Of a DNA stretch of 64,000 bases, positions 44,359 to 56,201 are shown piece after piece. How positions within the stretch are numbered: position 1 is the first letter of the stretch; the number at the start of each line of letters is the position of its first letter. Source of the stretch: Rhodospirillales bacterium (GTDB taxonomy: Bacteria > Pseudomonadota > Alphaproteobacteria > Rhodospirillales > Shumkoniaceae); contig JANQJG010000111.1 in NCBI GenBank assembly GCA_028281785.1, forward strand, positions 4,601-68,600, in the 5' to 3' direction. Under the pieces are notes generated by a model. That model had not been told where the DNA came from and did not search any database. It saw only the letters and a list, made by a program, of their open reading frames with translations. The position numbers were made by a program, and so were the translations under genes.

Positions 44359-44396
44359 TCCGTGAAGTTCCCAACCAACAGTCTTCACCCAACCGG

Positions 44397-45239
44397 CTAT
44401 GTTTCTCGGCCCGGATCTTGCCGTCCCGGCACGGTTGGCTTCCGCACGATCAGACGATCAGGCAACCGCAAATCCAACGTGCTGATGTCACGCCCGAGCA
44501 CCCGATGCCGACGCTCGTATTCCGCGAGGCGCGACCATGCGGCGGCGGGGTCTTCCTCCGGCAAACGCACGTCGATTCCGTTATCGAGGCGAACATTCCA
44601 ACGACGCTGCCCGACACGGACCGCTGATTTGACGCGGGTTCCGAGCGCCGGTTCCTTCCACAGCATTTCGAGCAGCGGCACAGCGTGGTCGGCGGCGTCC
44701 TCACCGACAACGAGAATCAGGTGTAGGAAACGATCGAACTCGTCGTCGGCGATGATCTCCCCGTCGTGATCGATCAGGTTAAAAACCCCTTTGTGCTGCC
44801 AAATGGCCAGGGCGCGCCGTTCAACCAGCCGAACAACGATCGTGTCTGGAAGACGTCGACTGACGCTGGCGGACTTGACCCAGGGCAGTGCCTCAATGCG
44901 GCGCTTCGCGGAGCCGGGGTCGAAGGCAAGAATCGGGGCACCTCGCTGGATTCCGACCGCCGAAAGAAGTCTTGTCCGTGATGTCTCCCGACGGCCAACG
45001 ACCAGAACGTCCTCAACGGTGAAGCCCAGGTCAGCCGATGCCGCAATGAGCGACCACTTCGTCTTTTGCGCCGCTAAATCAAGCCAGCCGCTGTGCCAGG
45101 ACCAAGCAAACACGCCGAGACCGCTGACAAACGTCAGCAGGGTTGCCGCCAGGAGGGCGTGCCGAGTTCGCCAAAGCGGCTTGACCCGCGGACGGGGCTT
45201 TCCGCGCTTGCCCTTTACGATTCCGAAATTCGGGATCAT
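44397..45239 (-). CDS. ftsQ: Cell division protein FtsQ
   Basis: Bitopic protein with one TM helix (LLAATLLTFVSGLGVFAW) plus POTRA/FtsQ domains. Its ATG at 45239 forms an ATGA overlap with the ddl stop. The ORF-track N-terminal extension was rejected. Confidence 0.88.
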   Translation of the reverse strand: MIPNFGIVKGKRGKPRPRVKPLWRTRHALLAATLLTFVSGLGVFAWSWHSGWLDLAAQKTKWSLIAASADLGFTVEDVLVVGRRETSRTRLLSAVGIQRGAPILAFDPGSAKRRIEALPWVKSASVSRRLPDTIVVRLVERRALAIWQHKGVFNLIDHDGEIIADDEFDRFLHLILVVGEDAADHAVPLLEMLWKEPALGTRVKSAVRVGQRRWNVRLDNGIDVRLPEEDPAAAWSRLAEYERRHRVLGRDISTLDLRLPDRLIVRKPTVPGRQDPGRET

Positions 45240-46150
45240 GGGTCGCACTCCGCTTGCTCCACTATCCATCGGCATAGTTCGGTGAAGGAGATGCCCAGAT
45301 ACGCAGCCTGCTCCGGCACCAAGGAGGTTGGAGTCATACCGGGCTGGGTGTTGACCTCGAGCAGGTAGAGGTCCTTGCCGTCGCAGCGGAAATCGGCCCG
45401 CGAAACACCGCGGCAACCGACGCAATGGTGCGCTCTGACCGCGATCTCCATCGCACGGTCGTAGGTTTCTGAATCGATCTGCGCCGGCAGGACATGTTTC
45501 GAGCCGCCATCGGCATACTTCGCGTCATAGTCATAGAAGCGCCGCTCGGTAACGATTTCGGTGACAGCGAGCGGGCGATCGCCCATCACGGCAACTGTCA
45601 GCTCCCGCCCCGGGATGTATTTCTCCACCATGACGCGATTTCCGAACAGCCGTGGTTCGTCGATCGTGGGCCGCCGATTGTCCCCCTCGCGCACAATATG
45701 GATTCCGACGCTGGACCCCTCGTTGACCGGCTTCGCCACGTAGGGGCGCTCCATAACGTCGCCCGCCTCGAAGTCTTGGAGCGACACGACCTTGTGCTCG
45801 GCGACGGGAATACCGGCGGCGACATAGAGGTCTTTTGCCATGGCCTTGTCCATGGCCAGCGCGGAGGCAAGAAGCCCCGAATGGGTGTACGGGATGCCGA
45901 GGATGTTCAAGATCCCCTGAATACAGCCGTCCTCCCCACACCGACCGTGCAGTGCGTTGAAGACGACGTCGGGACGCTGTTCGAGCTTCTTCAGCAGCCC
46001 GTTGATGTCCTCGCGTTGGACATCAACGGTAGAGACCTCGTAGCCGGCGTCACGAAGAGCGGCCATACAGTCTCTTCCACTGACCAGGGATACTTCCCGC
46101 TCAGCCGACCAACCGCCCATCAGGACCATCACACGTTTAGCCATCGCCAT
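45236..46150 (-). CDS. ddl: D-alanine--D-alanine ligase
   Basis: [31 protein letters not shown] and the ATP-grasp C-terminus [11 protein letters not shown]. The start is ATG at 46150 or 46144, overlapping the murB end. Confidence 0.93.
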   Translation of the reverse strand: MAMAKRVMVLMGGWSAEREVSLVSGRDCMAALRDAGYEVSTVDVQREDINGLLKKLEQRPDVVFNALHGRCGEDGCIQGILNILGIPYTHSGLLASALAMDKAMAKDLYVAAGIPVAEHKVVSLQDFEAGDVMERPYVAKPVNEGSSVGIHIVREGDNRRPTIDEPRLFGNRVMVEKYIPGRELTVAVMGDRPLAVTEIVTERRFYDYDAKYADGGSKHVLPAQIDSETYDRAMEIAVRAHHCVGCRGVSRADFRCDGKDLYLLEVNTQPGMTPTSLVPEQAAYLGISFTELCRWIVEQAECDP

Positions 46151-47093
46151 TCCCCGGTCCTGTCCTGGGGCCCGGAACACCGATGCGGCGTATCTCCCAT
46201 TCCAGGGAGACACCTGTCACTTCGCGCACGCGCCGACGTACCTCCTCACCCAGCCCTTCGAGGTCTGCAGCCGTGGCCTCTCCCGTATTGACGAGAAAGT
46301 TGCAGTGCTTCTCGGAAACCATCGCGCCGCCTAGCCTGAGGCCGCGACATCCGGCACGGTCGATAGCTTCCCAAGCCGCCTCGCCCTGAGGATTCTTGAA
46401 AGTGCTGCCGCCGGTGGCGATACGGGTTGGCTGAGTGGTCTCGCGCGCGTCCTGAATTTCGCGCATGCGGCGCGCGATTTCCGTCGACGCTCCCAGGCGC
46501 CCCTTGAGCCGCGCCGCGACGAAAATCCAGTCCTCGGGGATCGAGGAACGGCGATAGGTAAAGCCCAAGTCATCGGTCGTCAGATTGTGCTCAAGACCTG
46601 ACGCATCCAAGACGCGCGCCTCAACCAGTACGTCTTTTACTTCCCGGCCATAGGCACCCGCGTTCATGCGAAGCGCACCACCGATCGTTCCGGGAATGCC
46701 GCTGAGAAACTCAAGATCGGTAAGCCCCGCGTCGAGTGCTACCTTCGCCACGTTCAAATCAAGCGCGCCCGCTCCCGCCGTGATCTCGATACCCTCCACC
46801 GTGATCTCGGCAAAAGCTCGCCCGAGACGAACAACGACACCCCGAACACCGCCATCGCGAACAAGGAGGTTGGACCCGACACCGATGACGGTTACGGACA
46901 CGTCGGCAGGCTTTCGCGCAAGAAAAACCTTCAGGTCCTCGGCGTCTGCCGGCCGAAACAGTACTTCCGCCGGTCCCCCGACCCTGAACCACGTCACCTT
47001 CGACAGATCGTAAGCAACGCTGTAGCGGCCGCGGACCTCCGGCAACCGATCGATCAGATGAACAGACTTTGTCATCACGGCCATTCTCGCCAT
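46137..47093 (-). CDS. murB: UDP-N-acetylenolpyruvoylglucosamine reductase
   Basis: FAD-binding [32 protein letters not shown] and [13 protein letters not shown] at 47093 lies just after the murC stop. Confidence 0.92.
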   Translation of the reverse strand: MARMAVMTKSVHLIDRLPEVRGRYSVAYDLSKVTWFRVGGPAEVLFRPADAEDLKVFLARKPADVSVTVIGVGSNLLVRDGGVRGVVVRLGRAFAEITVEGIEITAGAGALDLNVAKVALDAGLTDLEFLSGIPGTIGGALRMNAGAYGREVKDVLVEARVLDASGLEHNLTTDDLGFTYRRSSIPEDWIFVAARLKGRLGASTEIARRMREIQDARETTQPTRIATGGSTFKNPQGEAAWEAIDRAGCRGLRLGGAMVSEKHCNFLVNTGEATAADLEGLGEEVRRRVREVTGVSLEWEIRRIGVPGPRTGPGNGDG

Positions 47094-47097
47094 CTCG

Positions 47098-48516
47098 TCA
47101 CACGCCTCCTCCCCGCAGGTGACGGAGGCCGTCGGGAAGCGCATTGGCCCAGGCGGAGACACTCCCGGCCCCGAGACAGACAACAAGGTCACCGGACCCG
47201 GCCAGTTCGTGGATCATGCCCGGAAGCTCGGCTGGGTCGGAAAAGGGGACAACGTTACGATGCCCATGGGCTCGCAGTCCTTCCACCAAGGCGTTGGCGT
47301 CGATACCCTCGATAGGCGCTTCACCGGCCGGGTAGACGTCGGCGACAAGGACCGTGTCGGCGTCGTTGAAACAAGTGCAGAACCCTTCGAAAAGATCCCT
47401 CAGCCGCGTATACCGATGCGGCTGGACCACGGCGATGACATTCCCCCGCGCCGCGGACCGGGCCGCCTTCAGCACGGCGGAGATCTCAACGGGATGGTGC
47501 CCGTAGTCGTCGACGATGGTGATGCCGTCGACCTCGCCGGTGAGGGTGAACCGCCGCTTCACGCCCTTGAAGTCCGCCAGTGCCCGCCGAAGGATGGCCT
47601 CATCGATGTTCATCTCATCCGCGATCACGACGGCAACGAGGGCGTTCTGAATGTTGTGCGCGCCCAGCATTGGAAGGACGAGCGCCTCAATGCTGCGGCT
47701 ACTCCCCGTTCGCCGGTCGGTAACGACGACATCGAAGCGACTTCCGAGGTCGACGGTCTCCGCGTTGACGGCCCGCACGTCGGCTTGCGGGCTGAAGCCA
47801 TAGGTGACGATACGCCGGTCCGTCACCCGGGGGATCATGGCCTGCACCTCGCTGTGGTCGATACACAGCGCCGCAAAGCCATAAAAGGGGATGCCCTCGA
47901 CGAAGACGTTGAACGCCTCCTTTAGAGCCTCGAACCCGCCATAATGATCCAGATGCTCCGGATCGATGTTGGTCACCACGGCGATGGTGGCCGGCAGCCT
48001 GACGATCGTGCCGTCAGACTCGTCCGCCTCCGCCACCAACCACTCCCCGCCGCCAAGGCGGGCGTTCGAGCCGATCGCATTGATGATGCCGCCATTGATC
48101 ACGGTCGGGTCCATGCCCGCCGCGTCGAGCAGGGCCGCCACCAGGGACGTGGTCGTCGTCTTGCCATGTGTCCCAGCCACCGCGATCGACCATTTCAGGC
48201 GCATCAATTCGCCCAGCATCTCGGCCCGACGAACGACCGGAACCATCCGCTCCCTGGCCGCGCCGACTTCGGGGTTGTCCGGCTTGATCGCCGATGACAC
48301 GACGACAACCTGGGCTGCCTCCACGTTTTCGGCACGGTGGCCGATGTGGATCCCTATCCCGAGCTCGCGCAGGCGCTTGACATTGGCGCTGTCGGAAATG
48401 TCGCTCCCCTGGACGGAATACCCGAGATTGTAGAGGACCTCGGCGATCCCGCTCATGCCGATACCGCCGATCCCGACGAAGTGCATGGTTCCTATGGAGA
48501 GGGGCAGAGCCATCAT
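47098..48516 (-). CDS. murC: UDP-N-acetylmuramate--L-alanine ligase
   Basis: [17 protein letters not shown], the Mur ligase P-loop [13 protein letters not shown] and DDYGHHP. Confidence 0.95.
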   Translation of the reverse strand: MMALPLSIGTMHFVGIGGIGMSGIAEVLYNLGYSVQGSDISDSANVKRLRELGIGIHIGHRAENVEAAQVVVVSSAIKPDNPEVGAARERMVPVVRRAEMLGELMRLKWSIAVAGTHGKTTTTSLVAALLDAAGMDPTVINGGIINAIGSNARLGGGEWLVAEADESDGTIVRLPATIAVVTNIDPEHLDHYGGFEALKEAFNVFVEGIPFYGFAALCIDHSEVQAMIPRVTDRRIVTYGFSPQADVRAVNAETVDLGSRFDVVVTDRRTGSSRSIEALVLPMLGAHNIQNALVAVVIADEMNIDEAILRRALADFKGVKRRFTLTGEVDGITIVDDYGHHPVEISAVLKAARSAARGNVIAVVQPHRYTRLRDLFEGFCTCFNDADTVLVADVYPAGEAPIEGIDANALVEGLRAHGHRNVVPFSDPAELPGMIHELAGSGDLVVCLGAGSVSAWANALPDGLRHLRGGGV

Positions 48517-49649
48517 GCCGCCCTCCCGCCCACGGCTTGGGGTTGCCGCCCGAGCAGCAAATCGTCCACGACATCCGCAAGGCGTTCCGCGGCATCGGGC
48601 CGCCCAAAGCCTCGCGCCGCGGCGGCGGCCCTCTCAAGCGTTTCGGGCGTTCCGAACAGCTCTTCCAGCCGAGCGGCCAAGTTCTCGGGCGTGAAGGCGT
48701 CCTGCAACAGGGACCAGCCGGCGCCGGCATCCGCTACCGCCCGCGCGTTATGCGCCTGATGGTCGTCGATGGCGTAGGGATAAGGAACGAACATGGCGGG
48801 GAGGCCCGCCGTCATGAGTTCGGCCACGGTCGATGCGCCCGCGCGGCCGATAAACAGATGGGCCTCGGCAAGACGCGCCGGGACGTCGGAGAAAAAGGTG
48901 CTCAGCTCGGCCCGAACACCGAGCTCTCCATAGGCGGCCTCGACCCTTTCCAGATCCTCGGATCGGCACTGCTGAACGATTCGAAGCCGCCCGCGCAAGG
49001 TCCCGTTGACCAACCCCATCGCCTTCGGCACCACATCGCTGAAAACCGTGGCACCCAGGCTTCCCCCGAGAACCAGAAGATAAATGGGCTCATCCAGACC
49101 GGGCGCCAGATATGGCCGCTCACGAACGGCCGTGACGGTCGGCCGTACCGGCATGCCGGTGCAAACGACCTTGGTCCGTGCCGATTTCGGCAAGTTGCGG
49201 ACCTTTTGGAAAGATGTGGCGATCCGCGTGACATGGCGGGCGAGGAGCCGATTGGCTCTTCCCAGAACCGCGTTCTGCTCGTGTATCGCCGTTGCAAATC
49301 CGCTCAGGCAGGCCGAAATGAGGGTCGGGAAGGATGCGTAGCCGCCAAATCCAACCACGGCACCGGGCTTGAGCCTGCCGAGTACGGAGCGGGCTTGAAT
49401 GGTTCCCGCCAACAGATCGGTGGCGCCGCGCAGTCGGGCGATGACACCCTTCCCGGCAAGACCTCTCGCGCGGATGCGATAGACCTCTACTCGTCCAGAA
49501 AGGTCCTGGAAAGCGTCGCCTCGGGCATCCGTCAGGAAAGCCAGCTCGCGGCCCCGGTTGGAGAGCTCCACGGCCAAGGCCTCCGCCGGGAACACGTGTC
49601 CGCCGGTTCCACCGGCGGCGAGAACGACGAGTGGCCTCCTCCCGTTCAT
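48513..49649 (-). CDS. murG: Undecaprenyldiphospho-muramoylpentapeptide beta-N-acetylglucosaminyltransferase
   Basis: [17 protein letters not shown] and the GT28 C-terminal domain ([11 protein letters not shown]). Its ATG at 49649 forms an ATGA overlap with the ftsW stop. Confidence 0.93.
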   Translation of the reverse strand: MNGRRPLVVLAAGGTGGHVFPAEALAVELSNRGRELAFLTDARGDAFQDLSGRVEVYRIRARGLAGKGVIARLRGATDLLAGTIQARSVLGRLKPGAVVGFGGYASFPTLISACLSGFATAIHEQNAVLGRANRLLARHVTRIATSFQKVRNLPKSARTKVVCTGMPVRPTVTAVRERPYLAPGLDEPIYLLVLGGSLGATVFSDVVPKAMGLVNGTLRGRLRIVQQCRSEDLERVEAAYGELGVRAELSTFFSDVPARLAEAHLFIGRAGASTVAELMTAGLPAMFVPYPYAIDDHQAHNARAVADAGAGWSLLQDAFTPENLAARLEELFGTPETLERAAAAARGFGRPDAAERLADVVDDLLLGRQPQAVGGRAA

Positions 49650-50770
49650 GGGGTTCCCCCCATCCCCGGACGCTTGCGGGTCAGCGCGAGAACCATGCCC
49701 ATCGCCAAGGCGATCGCCAGCAGGGAGGACCCCCCATAGGAAACGAACGGCAATGTCATTCCTTTTGGCGGGATCAAATGGATGGCGGAGGCCATGTTGA
49801 TGATTGCCTGCAGGGCAAACATGGTCACGAGGCCGACGACCGACAGCACGATGAACAGGTCGCGTTCGTGCAGCACCCGGGCCAAGCCGCGCAGCACCAC
49901 GAAGGCAAACAACCCCACAATGACGAGGCAAACCAGAAGTCCGAATTCCTCCCCGGCGACCGCAAAAACGAAATCGGTATGTGCGTCCGGCAGAACGGCC
50001 TTCACCTGCCCTTCGCCCGGTCCCCGTCCGAACAGGCCGCCATTGCGGAACGCCTCCAGACCGCGCATCACCTGATATCCGTCGCCGGAAGATGGATCAA
50101 AGAACTGATCCACCCTGGCCTGCACATGATGAAAGGCGAAGTAGGCGGCGATGCCGGCACCCACGAACGCGGCCGCGATGATGCCGACGAAGGCGAGTGG
50201 CAGCCCCGAGACGAACATCTGCGCCGCCCATACACATGCGAGCACCATCGTCATGCCCACGTCCGGCTGAAGGAGGAGAAGTGCCGCGAGCAACAGAAAC
50301 AAGCCCGTCGCCGAGGCATACAACGGAAAGCGGCGGTCGGTATCCCGAGCCGCCAGGATCCCGGCAAGTACGACCGCCACGCTCGGCTTGACAAACTCTG
50401 ACGGCTGCAAGGAAAAGCCGCCCAGGTCGATCCAACGGGTCGCCCCTTTGATCTCGGTGCCGACCAGCAGAACCAAAATCAAGCCAACTACGCTGAGCCC
50501 GAGAACGCCGACCGAAACACGCCGGATCCCGCGAACGGACAGCAGCGACGTCGCCAGCATCAACGCGAAGGCGAGTGGTAGGAAAACGAACTGACGCCGG
50601 GCGAAATAGAAGGTATCGAGCCCAATACGCTCCGCGACCGCAGGCGAAGCGGCAAGAGTCAGCACCGCGCCCAGGCCGGCAATGAGCAAGAGCGCCGCCA
50701 GCGTCCACCGATCGACCGTCCACCACCAACGGCCGACCAGGCTTGTGTCGGTGCGGCCGAGGGTCCTCAT
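49646..50770 (-). CDS. ftsW: Peptidoglycan glycosyltransferase / lipid II flippase FtsW (SEDS family)
   Basis: Ten-TM SEDS protein (QPSEFVKP, DFVFAVAGEEFG, PPKGMTLPFVSYGGSS). Its ATG at 50770 forms an ATGA overlap with the murD stop. Confidence 0.92.
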   Translation of the reverse strand: MRTLGRTDTSLVGRWWWTVDRWTLAALLLIAGLGAVLTLAASPAVAERIGLDTFYFARRQFVFLPLAFALMLATSLLSVRGIRRVSVGVLGLSVVGLILVLLVGTEIKGATRWIDLGGFSLQPSEFVKPSVAVVLAGILAARDTDRRFPLYASATGLFLLLAALLLLQPDVGMTMVLACVWAAQMFVSGLPLAFVGIIAAAFVGAGIAAYFAFHHVQARVDQFFDPSSGDGYQVMRGLEAFRNGGLFGRGPGEGQVKAVLPDAHTDFVFAVAGEEFGLLVCLVIVGLFAFVVLRGLARVLHERDLFIVLSVVGLVTMFALQAIINMASAIHLIPPKGMTLPFVSYGGSSLLAIALAMGMVLALTRKRPGMGGTP

Positions 50771-52173
50771 CGCTCCCCTCCCCACTCTCCGCGCAAGCCC
50801 TCGACCAGCCGACGAAACTCGTCGCCCCGGGTCTCGAAATTGGTGAACTGGTCGAATGAGGCGCAAGCGGGAGACAAGAGCACGACAGCGTTTTCCAATC
50901 CGTCCCTGACGGCGCTTTCCCTGGCCTGAGCCACGGCCGTCCCCAAATCGCCGGACAACGTGGATGGCACGTGACCCGAAAGACCACGACGGAAATCCAT
51001 CGCGGCCTCGCCGATCAGGAACGCGTGCCGAATTCTCGGAAAGAAGGGCTCAACCGCCTCAAGCCCGCCTTCCTTGGCCAAGCCACCCGCAATCCAATAC
51101 ACGTTTTCGTAGCAGGCCAATGCCCGGGCGGCGGCCTCTCCATTGGTGGCCTTGCTGTCGTTGACGTAACTGACACCGCCAACGACCGCGATCAGTTCCT
51201 GCCGATGGGCGAGCCCGGGATAGCTCCGGATACCCCGCAGAATGGCCTCGACGGCGATTCCCGCCGCCTTGGCCGCCGCATAAGCCGCCGCCGCGTTCTG
51301 GGCGTTGTGTTGACCAGGAAGTGTCTGGATACCGTTGAGATCGAGTACAGGGGTCGTTCGGCCGGACATCGCGTCCATTAAGACGGTACCGTCGACGTAA
51401 ATGCCGTCGGCCACGGACGCATGCCCGGAAATGGGCACGACACGGCGGTGTCCACGATCTCTGAGGCCGCGATAGATCTGCCGCGACCTTTCGTCGTCAA
51501 CGCCGACGACCGCGGTCATATCGGGCGTTTGACCTCGAAAGATTCTACGCTTGGCGGCGACGTAGCCTTCCAGCCCACCGTGGCGGTCCAGGTGATCGGG
51601 GCTAATGTTGATGAGAACGGCGATGTCGAACACAGCCTCGTGGACGAGATCCAACTGGTAGGAGGACAGTTCGAGAACGTAAGTTCCTTCCGATCCCAGA
51701 GGCTCAAGCCCCAACGCCGGCGTCCCCAGATTTCCGCCGACTTCAACGGCAACGCCGGCGGTCTTGAAGATGTGACCCAGCAGCGCCGTTGTCGTTGATT
51801 TGCCGTTCGTCCCGGTAATCCCGACATAGCTGGCGTCGGGTTGGGTTCCGCTCAGCAGTTCGATGTCGCCCAATACGGGACAGTTGGCGGCACGCGCCCG
51901 CTCGACCACGGCGTGGGGTGCCGGATGGGTCAGCGGGATCCCGGGACTCAGGACAAGCGCCTCCGGCTGCCGCCAGTCGCATAGCAACAGGTCCTTGAGC
52001 GGCAACCCGGCGGCCTCGGCAACGGAGCGGGCGGCCTCGTTGTCATCCCAGGCCCAAACCCGTGCGCCGCCGCCCTTCAAGGCCCTGGCCGCAACGATAC
52101 CGGAGCGGCCAAGGCCCAGAACGGCCACGCATCGGTCAGCAAACTGTGGTACGACGATCATCTCCTCCCTCAT
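50767..52173 (-). CDS. murD: UDP-N-acetylmuramoylalanine--D-glutamate ligase
   Basis: [15 protein letters not shown], the P-loop [12 protein letters not shown] and the DSKATN motif. The start is ATG at 52173 (ATGA overlap with mraY) or ATG at 52161. Confidence 0.93.
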   Translation of the reverse strand: MREEMIVVPQFADRCVAVLGLGRSGIVAARALKGGGARVWAWDDNEAARSVAEAAGLPLKDLLLCDWRQPEALVLSPGIPLTHPAPHAVVERARAANCPVLGDIELLSGTQPDASYVGITGTNGKSTTTALLGHIFKTAGVAVEVGGNLGTPALGLEPLGSEGTYVLELSSYQLDLVHEAVFDIAVLINISPDHLDRHGGLEGYVAAKRRIFRGQTPDMTAVVGVDDERSRQIYRGLRDRGHRRVVPISGHASVADGIYVDGTVLMDAMSGRTTPVLDLNGIQTLPGQHNAQNAAAAYAAAKAAGIAVEAILRGIRSYPGLAHRQELIAVVGGVSYVNDSKATNGEAAARALACYENVYWIAGGLAKEGGLEAVEPFFPRIRHAFLIGEAAMDFRRGLSGHVPSTLSGDLGTAVAQARESAVRDGLENAVVLLSPACASFDQFTNFETRGDEFRRLVEGLRGEWGGER

Positions 52174-53258
52174 CGCAGCTTCAGGGTGGAGAGACCGATC
52201 AGCGCCAAGACCATGGCGACGATCCAAAACCGGATGACGATGGTGGGTTCGGCCCAACCCTTCTTCTCGTAGTGATGGTGCAGAGGCGCCATTCGAAACA
52301 CACGCCGGCCGGTCAACTTGAACGACACGACCTGGACGACGACAGAGACCGTCTCCAGAACGAAGAGCCCGCCAACGATCGCCAAAACCAACTCATGCTT
52401 CGTCACGACGCTGACAGCGCCGAGGGCTCCTCCCAAAGAGAGGGAGCCGGTATCGCCCATGAAGACAGCAGCCGGGGGCGCATTGAACCATAGGAATCCC
52501 AGGCTCCCCCCAACCAAGGCGCCACAGAAGACAGCCAACTCGCCGCTACCCGGCACGTAGTGGATCTGGAGGTATCCGGAGAAGACAGAGTTACCGACCA
52601 AATAGGTGATCAAGCCGAAAACGCCGATCGCGATCATCACCGGAACGATCGCCAGCCCATCCAATCCGTCGGTCAGGTTGACCGCATTTGACGCGCCCAC
52701 CATGACCAGCACGGCAAAAATGAGGAATCCCCATCCGAGGGGAATAAGGAGGTTCTTGAAAAAGGGCACGGCAAGGGTCGTACTGAGGGGTTGCGGGAGC
52801 TGCTGCATGATCCAGGCGGCGGCGGAAGCGGCGACCACGCATTGAAGCGTAAATTTCAGCTTGCCCGACATACCGCGGGACTCGCGGCGGGTAACCTTGC
52901 GGTAGTCGTCGATGAAGCCGATAACTCCGAAGCCAATCGTCACCCCCAGCACAACCCAGACGAAGACGTTGCTCAGATCGGCCCACAACAGCGTCGACGT
53001 CGAGATTGCGAGAAGAATCAGGAAACCGCCCATGGTGGGGGTTCCCTTTTTGTTGATCAGATGGCTTTCGGGGCCGTCGTCGCGAATGGGCTGTCCACCG
53101 TTTTGCATCCTGCGCAGCCGCTCGATCAGCCATGGTCCGACGACGAAACTGACGATGAGGGCCGTCATGATCGCCGCGCCCGTCCGAAAGGTGAGGTAAC
53201 GGACAACGTTAAGGACGAAGAAGTCGTCGGATAGCGGAAAGAGCAGGTGATAAAGCAT
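52170..53258 (-). CDS. mraY: Phospho-N-acetylmuramoyl-pentapeptide transferase
   Basis: [47 protein letters not shown] and APLHHHYE. Confidence 0.95.
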   Translation of the reverse strand: MLYHLLFPLSDDFFVLNVVRYLTFRTGAAIMTALIVSFVVGPWLIERLRRMQNGGQPIRDDGPESHLINKKGTPTMGGFLILLAISTSTLLWADLSNVFVWVVLGVTIGFGVIGFIDDYRKVTRRESRGMSGKLKFTLQCVVAASAAAWIMQQLPQPLSTTLAVPFFKNLLIPLGWGFLIFAVLVMVGASNAVNLTDGLDGLAIVPVMIAIGVFGLITYLVGNSVFSGYLQIHYVPGSGELAVFCGALVGGSLGFLWFNAPPAAVFMGDTGSLSLGGALGAVSVVTKHELVLAIVGGLFVLETVSVVVQVVSFKLTGRRVFRMAPLHHHYEKKGWAEPTIVIRFWIVAMVLALIGLSTLKLR

Positions 53259-53271
53259 GCCTGTCGGGTCC

Positions 53272-54732
53272 TCAGCTCCCGTTGACCGCCCGTTGTTGGG
53301 GGGCGTTCCCTTGTTCCGTATGGAGAGCCAGGAGTGCCGCAACGACCTCGCGCATGCGGCTACCCGCTGATCCCTTGACCATCACCACGTCCCCGTTCCG
53401 AATCTCGGATACCACCCGGGGCGCCAGCGCGGCCGACGTCTCGGTATGCAGACCTTGCATTTCCTTCTTGAGCGCCGACCACAGATGGCCCATTTGCGGT
53501 CCCGCAACAAAGACCAAATCGATGCCCGCTTCCTCGAGGGGGACGGACAATTCCGCATGGCGCGCCGCCGCGTCGTCACCCAGCTCGAGCATGTCTCCGA
53601 GCGCCGCGATCCGCCGGCCGCCAGGCAGTGGCTGCCTACCCTTCAAAAGGTCGATGGCCGCCCGCATCGAGACTGGGCTGGCGTTATAGCTTTCGTCGAT
53701 CAACTCGAAGCTTCCGCCGTCCCGAAGACGCACGCTGTGGCGCCGTCCGCGGCCCTGCGGTGCCTCCAACTGGGCCAAGGCGTCCGCGGCGATGGAGACA
53801 TCACCCCCCGCGGCCAGGGTCGCGGCGAGAACCGCAACGCTGTTGGTGACCCAATGTTGACCGGGGATCTCTACCCGATAGGTCAGGTCGGTATCGAACA
53901 CCTTCGCCCTGACGGTAGATCCATCCGGCTCGGAGCGCTCGTCGAGGATGCGCAGATCCGCTTCCTTAGCTCGACCGAAGCCGATGACGCGGCCGGCTCC
54001 ATTTCGCCGTGCCGCAGCGGACAGATGGTCGAAGTAGCGGTTGTCACGGTTGAGGATGGCAACACCACCAGGCACAAGCCCCTCGAACACCTCCGCCTTT
54101 GCGTCGGCGATGTCGTCCACGCTGCGGAAGAATTCGATATGAACCGCCTCGACCGTCGTGATAAGGGCAACGTGAGGCCGGGCCAAACGAGAGAGGGGAC
54201 CGATCTCCCCGGCGTGATTCATGCCCATCTCGAAAACGCCGTAGCCCGCGTCCCCGGGAAGCCTAGAGAGGCTGAGCGGCACCCCGAGGTGATTGTTGAG
54301 GCTTCCCTCACTGGCCAATGTGAGAGAATGGCGGCCAAGGACCATGCGCAACGCCTCTTTGACGCCGGTCTTTCCAACGCTGCCGGTTATCGCGATCACG
54401 CGCGCATCCGTGCGGTCCCTGGCCGCCCCCCCTAAATTCGTAAGCGCCTCAATAGTATCTGGGACAATCACGAGGCGCGGATCCGCCCCAAGGTTTTCCG
54501 GAGCCGAGGCGACCAACGCCGCGACGGCTCCCTTCGCCAAAGCTTCCGCGACAAAGTCGTGCCCATCGAAACGGGGACCCCGGATCGCCACGAAGATATC
54601 ACCCGGACCGACCGTTCGACTGTCGATGGATACGCCGGACGCGGTCCAGTCGACGGCCACGCTTCCGCCTGTCGCAGCCTGCACTTCGGATGCGGTCCAT
54701 AGCCGCGAATTCCCTTCACGCACCGCCATCAC
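53272..54732 (-). CDS. murF: UDP-N-acetylmuramoyl-tripeptide--D-alanyl-D-alanine ligase
   Basis: The P-loop [21 protein letters not shown] and KGSAGSRM. Its start overlaps the murE stop. Confidence 0.93.
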   Translation of the reverse strand: MMAVREGNSRLWTASEVQAATGGSVAVDWTASGVSIDSRTVGPGDIFVAIRGPRFDGHDFVAEALAKGAVAALVASAPENLGADPRLVIVPDTIEALTNLGGAARDRTDARVIAITGSVGKTGVKEALRMVLGRHSLTLASEGSLNNHLGVPLSLSRLPGDAGYGVFEMGMNHAGEIGPLSRLARPHVALITTVEAVHIEFFRSVDDIADAKAEVFEGLVPGGVAILNRDNRYFDHLSAAARRNGAGRVIGFGRAKEADLRILDERSEPDGSTVRAKVFDTDLTYRVEIPGQHWVTNSVAVLAATLAAGGDVSIAADALAQLEAPQGRGRRHSVRLRDGGSFELIDESYNASPVSMRAAIDLLKGRQPLPGGRRIAALGDMLELGDDAAARHAELSVPLEEAGIDLVFVAGPQMGHLWSALKKEMQGLHTETSAALAPRVVSEIRNGDVVMVKGSAGSRMREVVAALLALHTEQGNAPQQRAVNGS

Positions 54733-56201
54733 GCCCCAATCTCCCGAATAGCGGCACGCACAGCCTCGGCGTCCTCGAAGGGGATCACCTCGCCGCCAAT
54801 GATCTGTCCCGTCTCGTGCCCCTTTCCCGCCACGACCAGCAGATCATTGGGCTGGAGCTCACGAACCGCGGTTGATATGGCCACGGCTCGGTCACTGATT
54901 TCACGCGCGCCCGGACAGGCGGCGATGATCTGATCCCGGATCGCCTTTGGGTCCTCCGTTCGGGGGTTGTCATCCGTGACAATGACCCGGTCCGCCATTT
55001 CATGAGCGGTACGGCCCATTTGCGGGCGCTTTCCCTGATCTCGATCGCCGCCGCACCCAAACACCACGGTCAAAGTTCCGGAAACGTGCGGCCGTAAAGT
55101 TCTGAGAACGTTGGAAAGCGCGTCCGGAGTATGCGCGTAGTCCACGAAAATCGGCGCGCCGTCGGGATGGCTCGCCACCTTCTCCAGCCGGCCGGGGACA
55201 CCCTTCAGTTTTTCCAGGCCCTCAACCACAGCGTCGGCGTCCTCGCCGCATCCCATCAGGAGGGTCATCGCGCAGAGGGCGTTGCTGGCCTGGAAGTCGC
55301 CCACCAAAGGCAGCATTACCGAATGGGCTGTCCCGAAAGCCTCGAACTGCATCCGTTGACCGTCCGGCAGCGGATCCAGCTTCTTCAGTCGAAGGTCGTT
55401 GCCCTTTCTTCCAAACGTAAGAATGCGGTGACCCCGCGCCTGGGAAACCTCGATGAAGGGTTGCGCGTGCTCCGCGTCGGCGTTCACGGCGGCGACGCCA
55501 TTGGTCGCCATGACTTCCTCGAACAACCGAAGCTTTGCCGCGAGATAGGCGGAAACCGATCCGTGATAGTCGAGATGGTCACGACTGAGATTCGTGAACG
55601 CGGCGGCAGAAACGCGAACCCCATCGAGTCGGTACTGCGAAAGGCCGTGACTGGAGGCTTCTAGCGCGAGCCTGTCGACGCCCCGATCCGAGAGGTCCGC
55701 CAAGGAGGTGTGAAGCTCGACCGGGTCGGGCGTCGTCAAGCTGCCCGGAACTTCCAAGCCCGGCGCGACGATGCCGAGCGTACCCAGGCTGGCGGCGTTT
55801 CGGCCGAGATGTACCCAAAGCTGGCGCGTGAACGAGACGACCGAGGTTTTTCCATTGGTCCCGGTGACGGCAGCAATCGTCGCCGGCTGGCGCCGATAGA
55901 AACGCGCCGCCATTTGGGCAAAAAGGCGGCGCGGATTATCAACCGTCAGCAGCCGGACCGGCTGACTCGGCGGATGCAGCCCCGTGCCGGGCGGCGCAAG
56001 GACCGCCACGGCGCCTCTGCCAATCGCCTCGGGAATGAAGTGCCGACCGTCCGCCTGGCTTCCGGGAAGCGCCGCAAAAAGAAAACCTGGGCGGACGCGG
56101 CGCGAATCGCTCGTCAGCCCTGATACCGACGCCTCTGCCAACGCGGCCCCATCGGAGATTCCGCCGACCTCACCACACAAGAGATCAGTGAGCCGCAACA
56201 C
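54729..56201 (-). CDS. murE: UDP-N-acetylmuramoyl-L-alanyl-D-glutamate--2,6-diaminopimelate ligase
   Basis: VTGTNGKTSV, the DAP-specific DNPR motif (VTDDNPRTE) and a GTG start. It overlaps the ftsI end by 17 nt. Confidence 0.93.
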   Translation of the reverse strand: MLRLTDLLCGEVGGISDGAALAEASVSGLTSDSRRVRPGFLFAALPGSQADGRHFIPEAIGRGAVAVLAPPGTGLHPPSQPVRLLTVDNPRRLFAQMAARFYRRQPATIAAVTGTNGKTSVVSFTRQLWVHLGRNAASLGTLGIVAPGLEVPGSLTTPDPVELHTSLADLSDRGVDRLALEASSHGLSQYRLDGVRVSAAAFTNLSRDHLDYHGSVSAYLAAKLRLFEEVMATNGVAAVNADAEHAQPFIEVSQARGHRILTFGRKGNDLRLKKLDPLPDGQRMQFEAFGTAHSVMLPLVGDFQASNALCAMTLLMGCGEDADAVVEGLEKLKGVPGRLEKVASHPDGAPIFVDYAHTPDALSNVLRTLRPHVSGTLTVVFGCGGDRDQGKRPQMGRTAHEMADRVIVTDDNPRTEDPKAIRDQIIAACPGAREISDRAVAISTAVRELQPNDLLVVAGKGHETGQIIGGEVIPFEDAEAVRAAIREIGA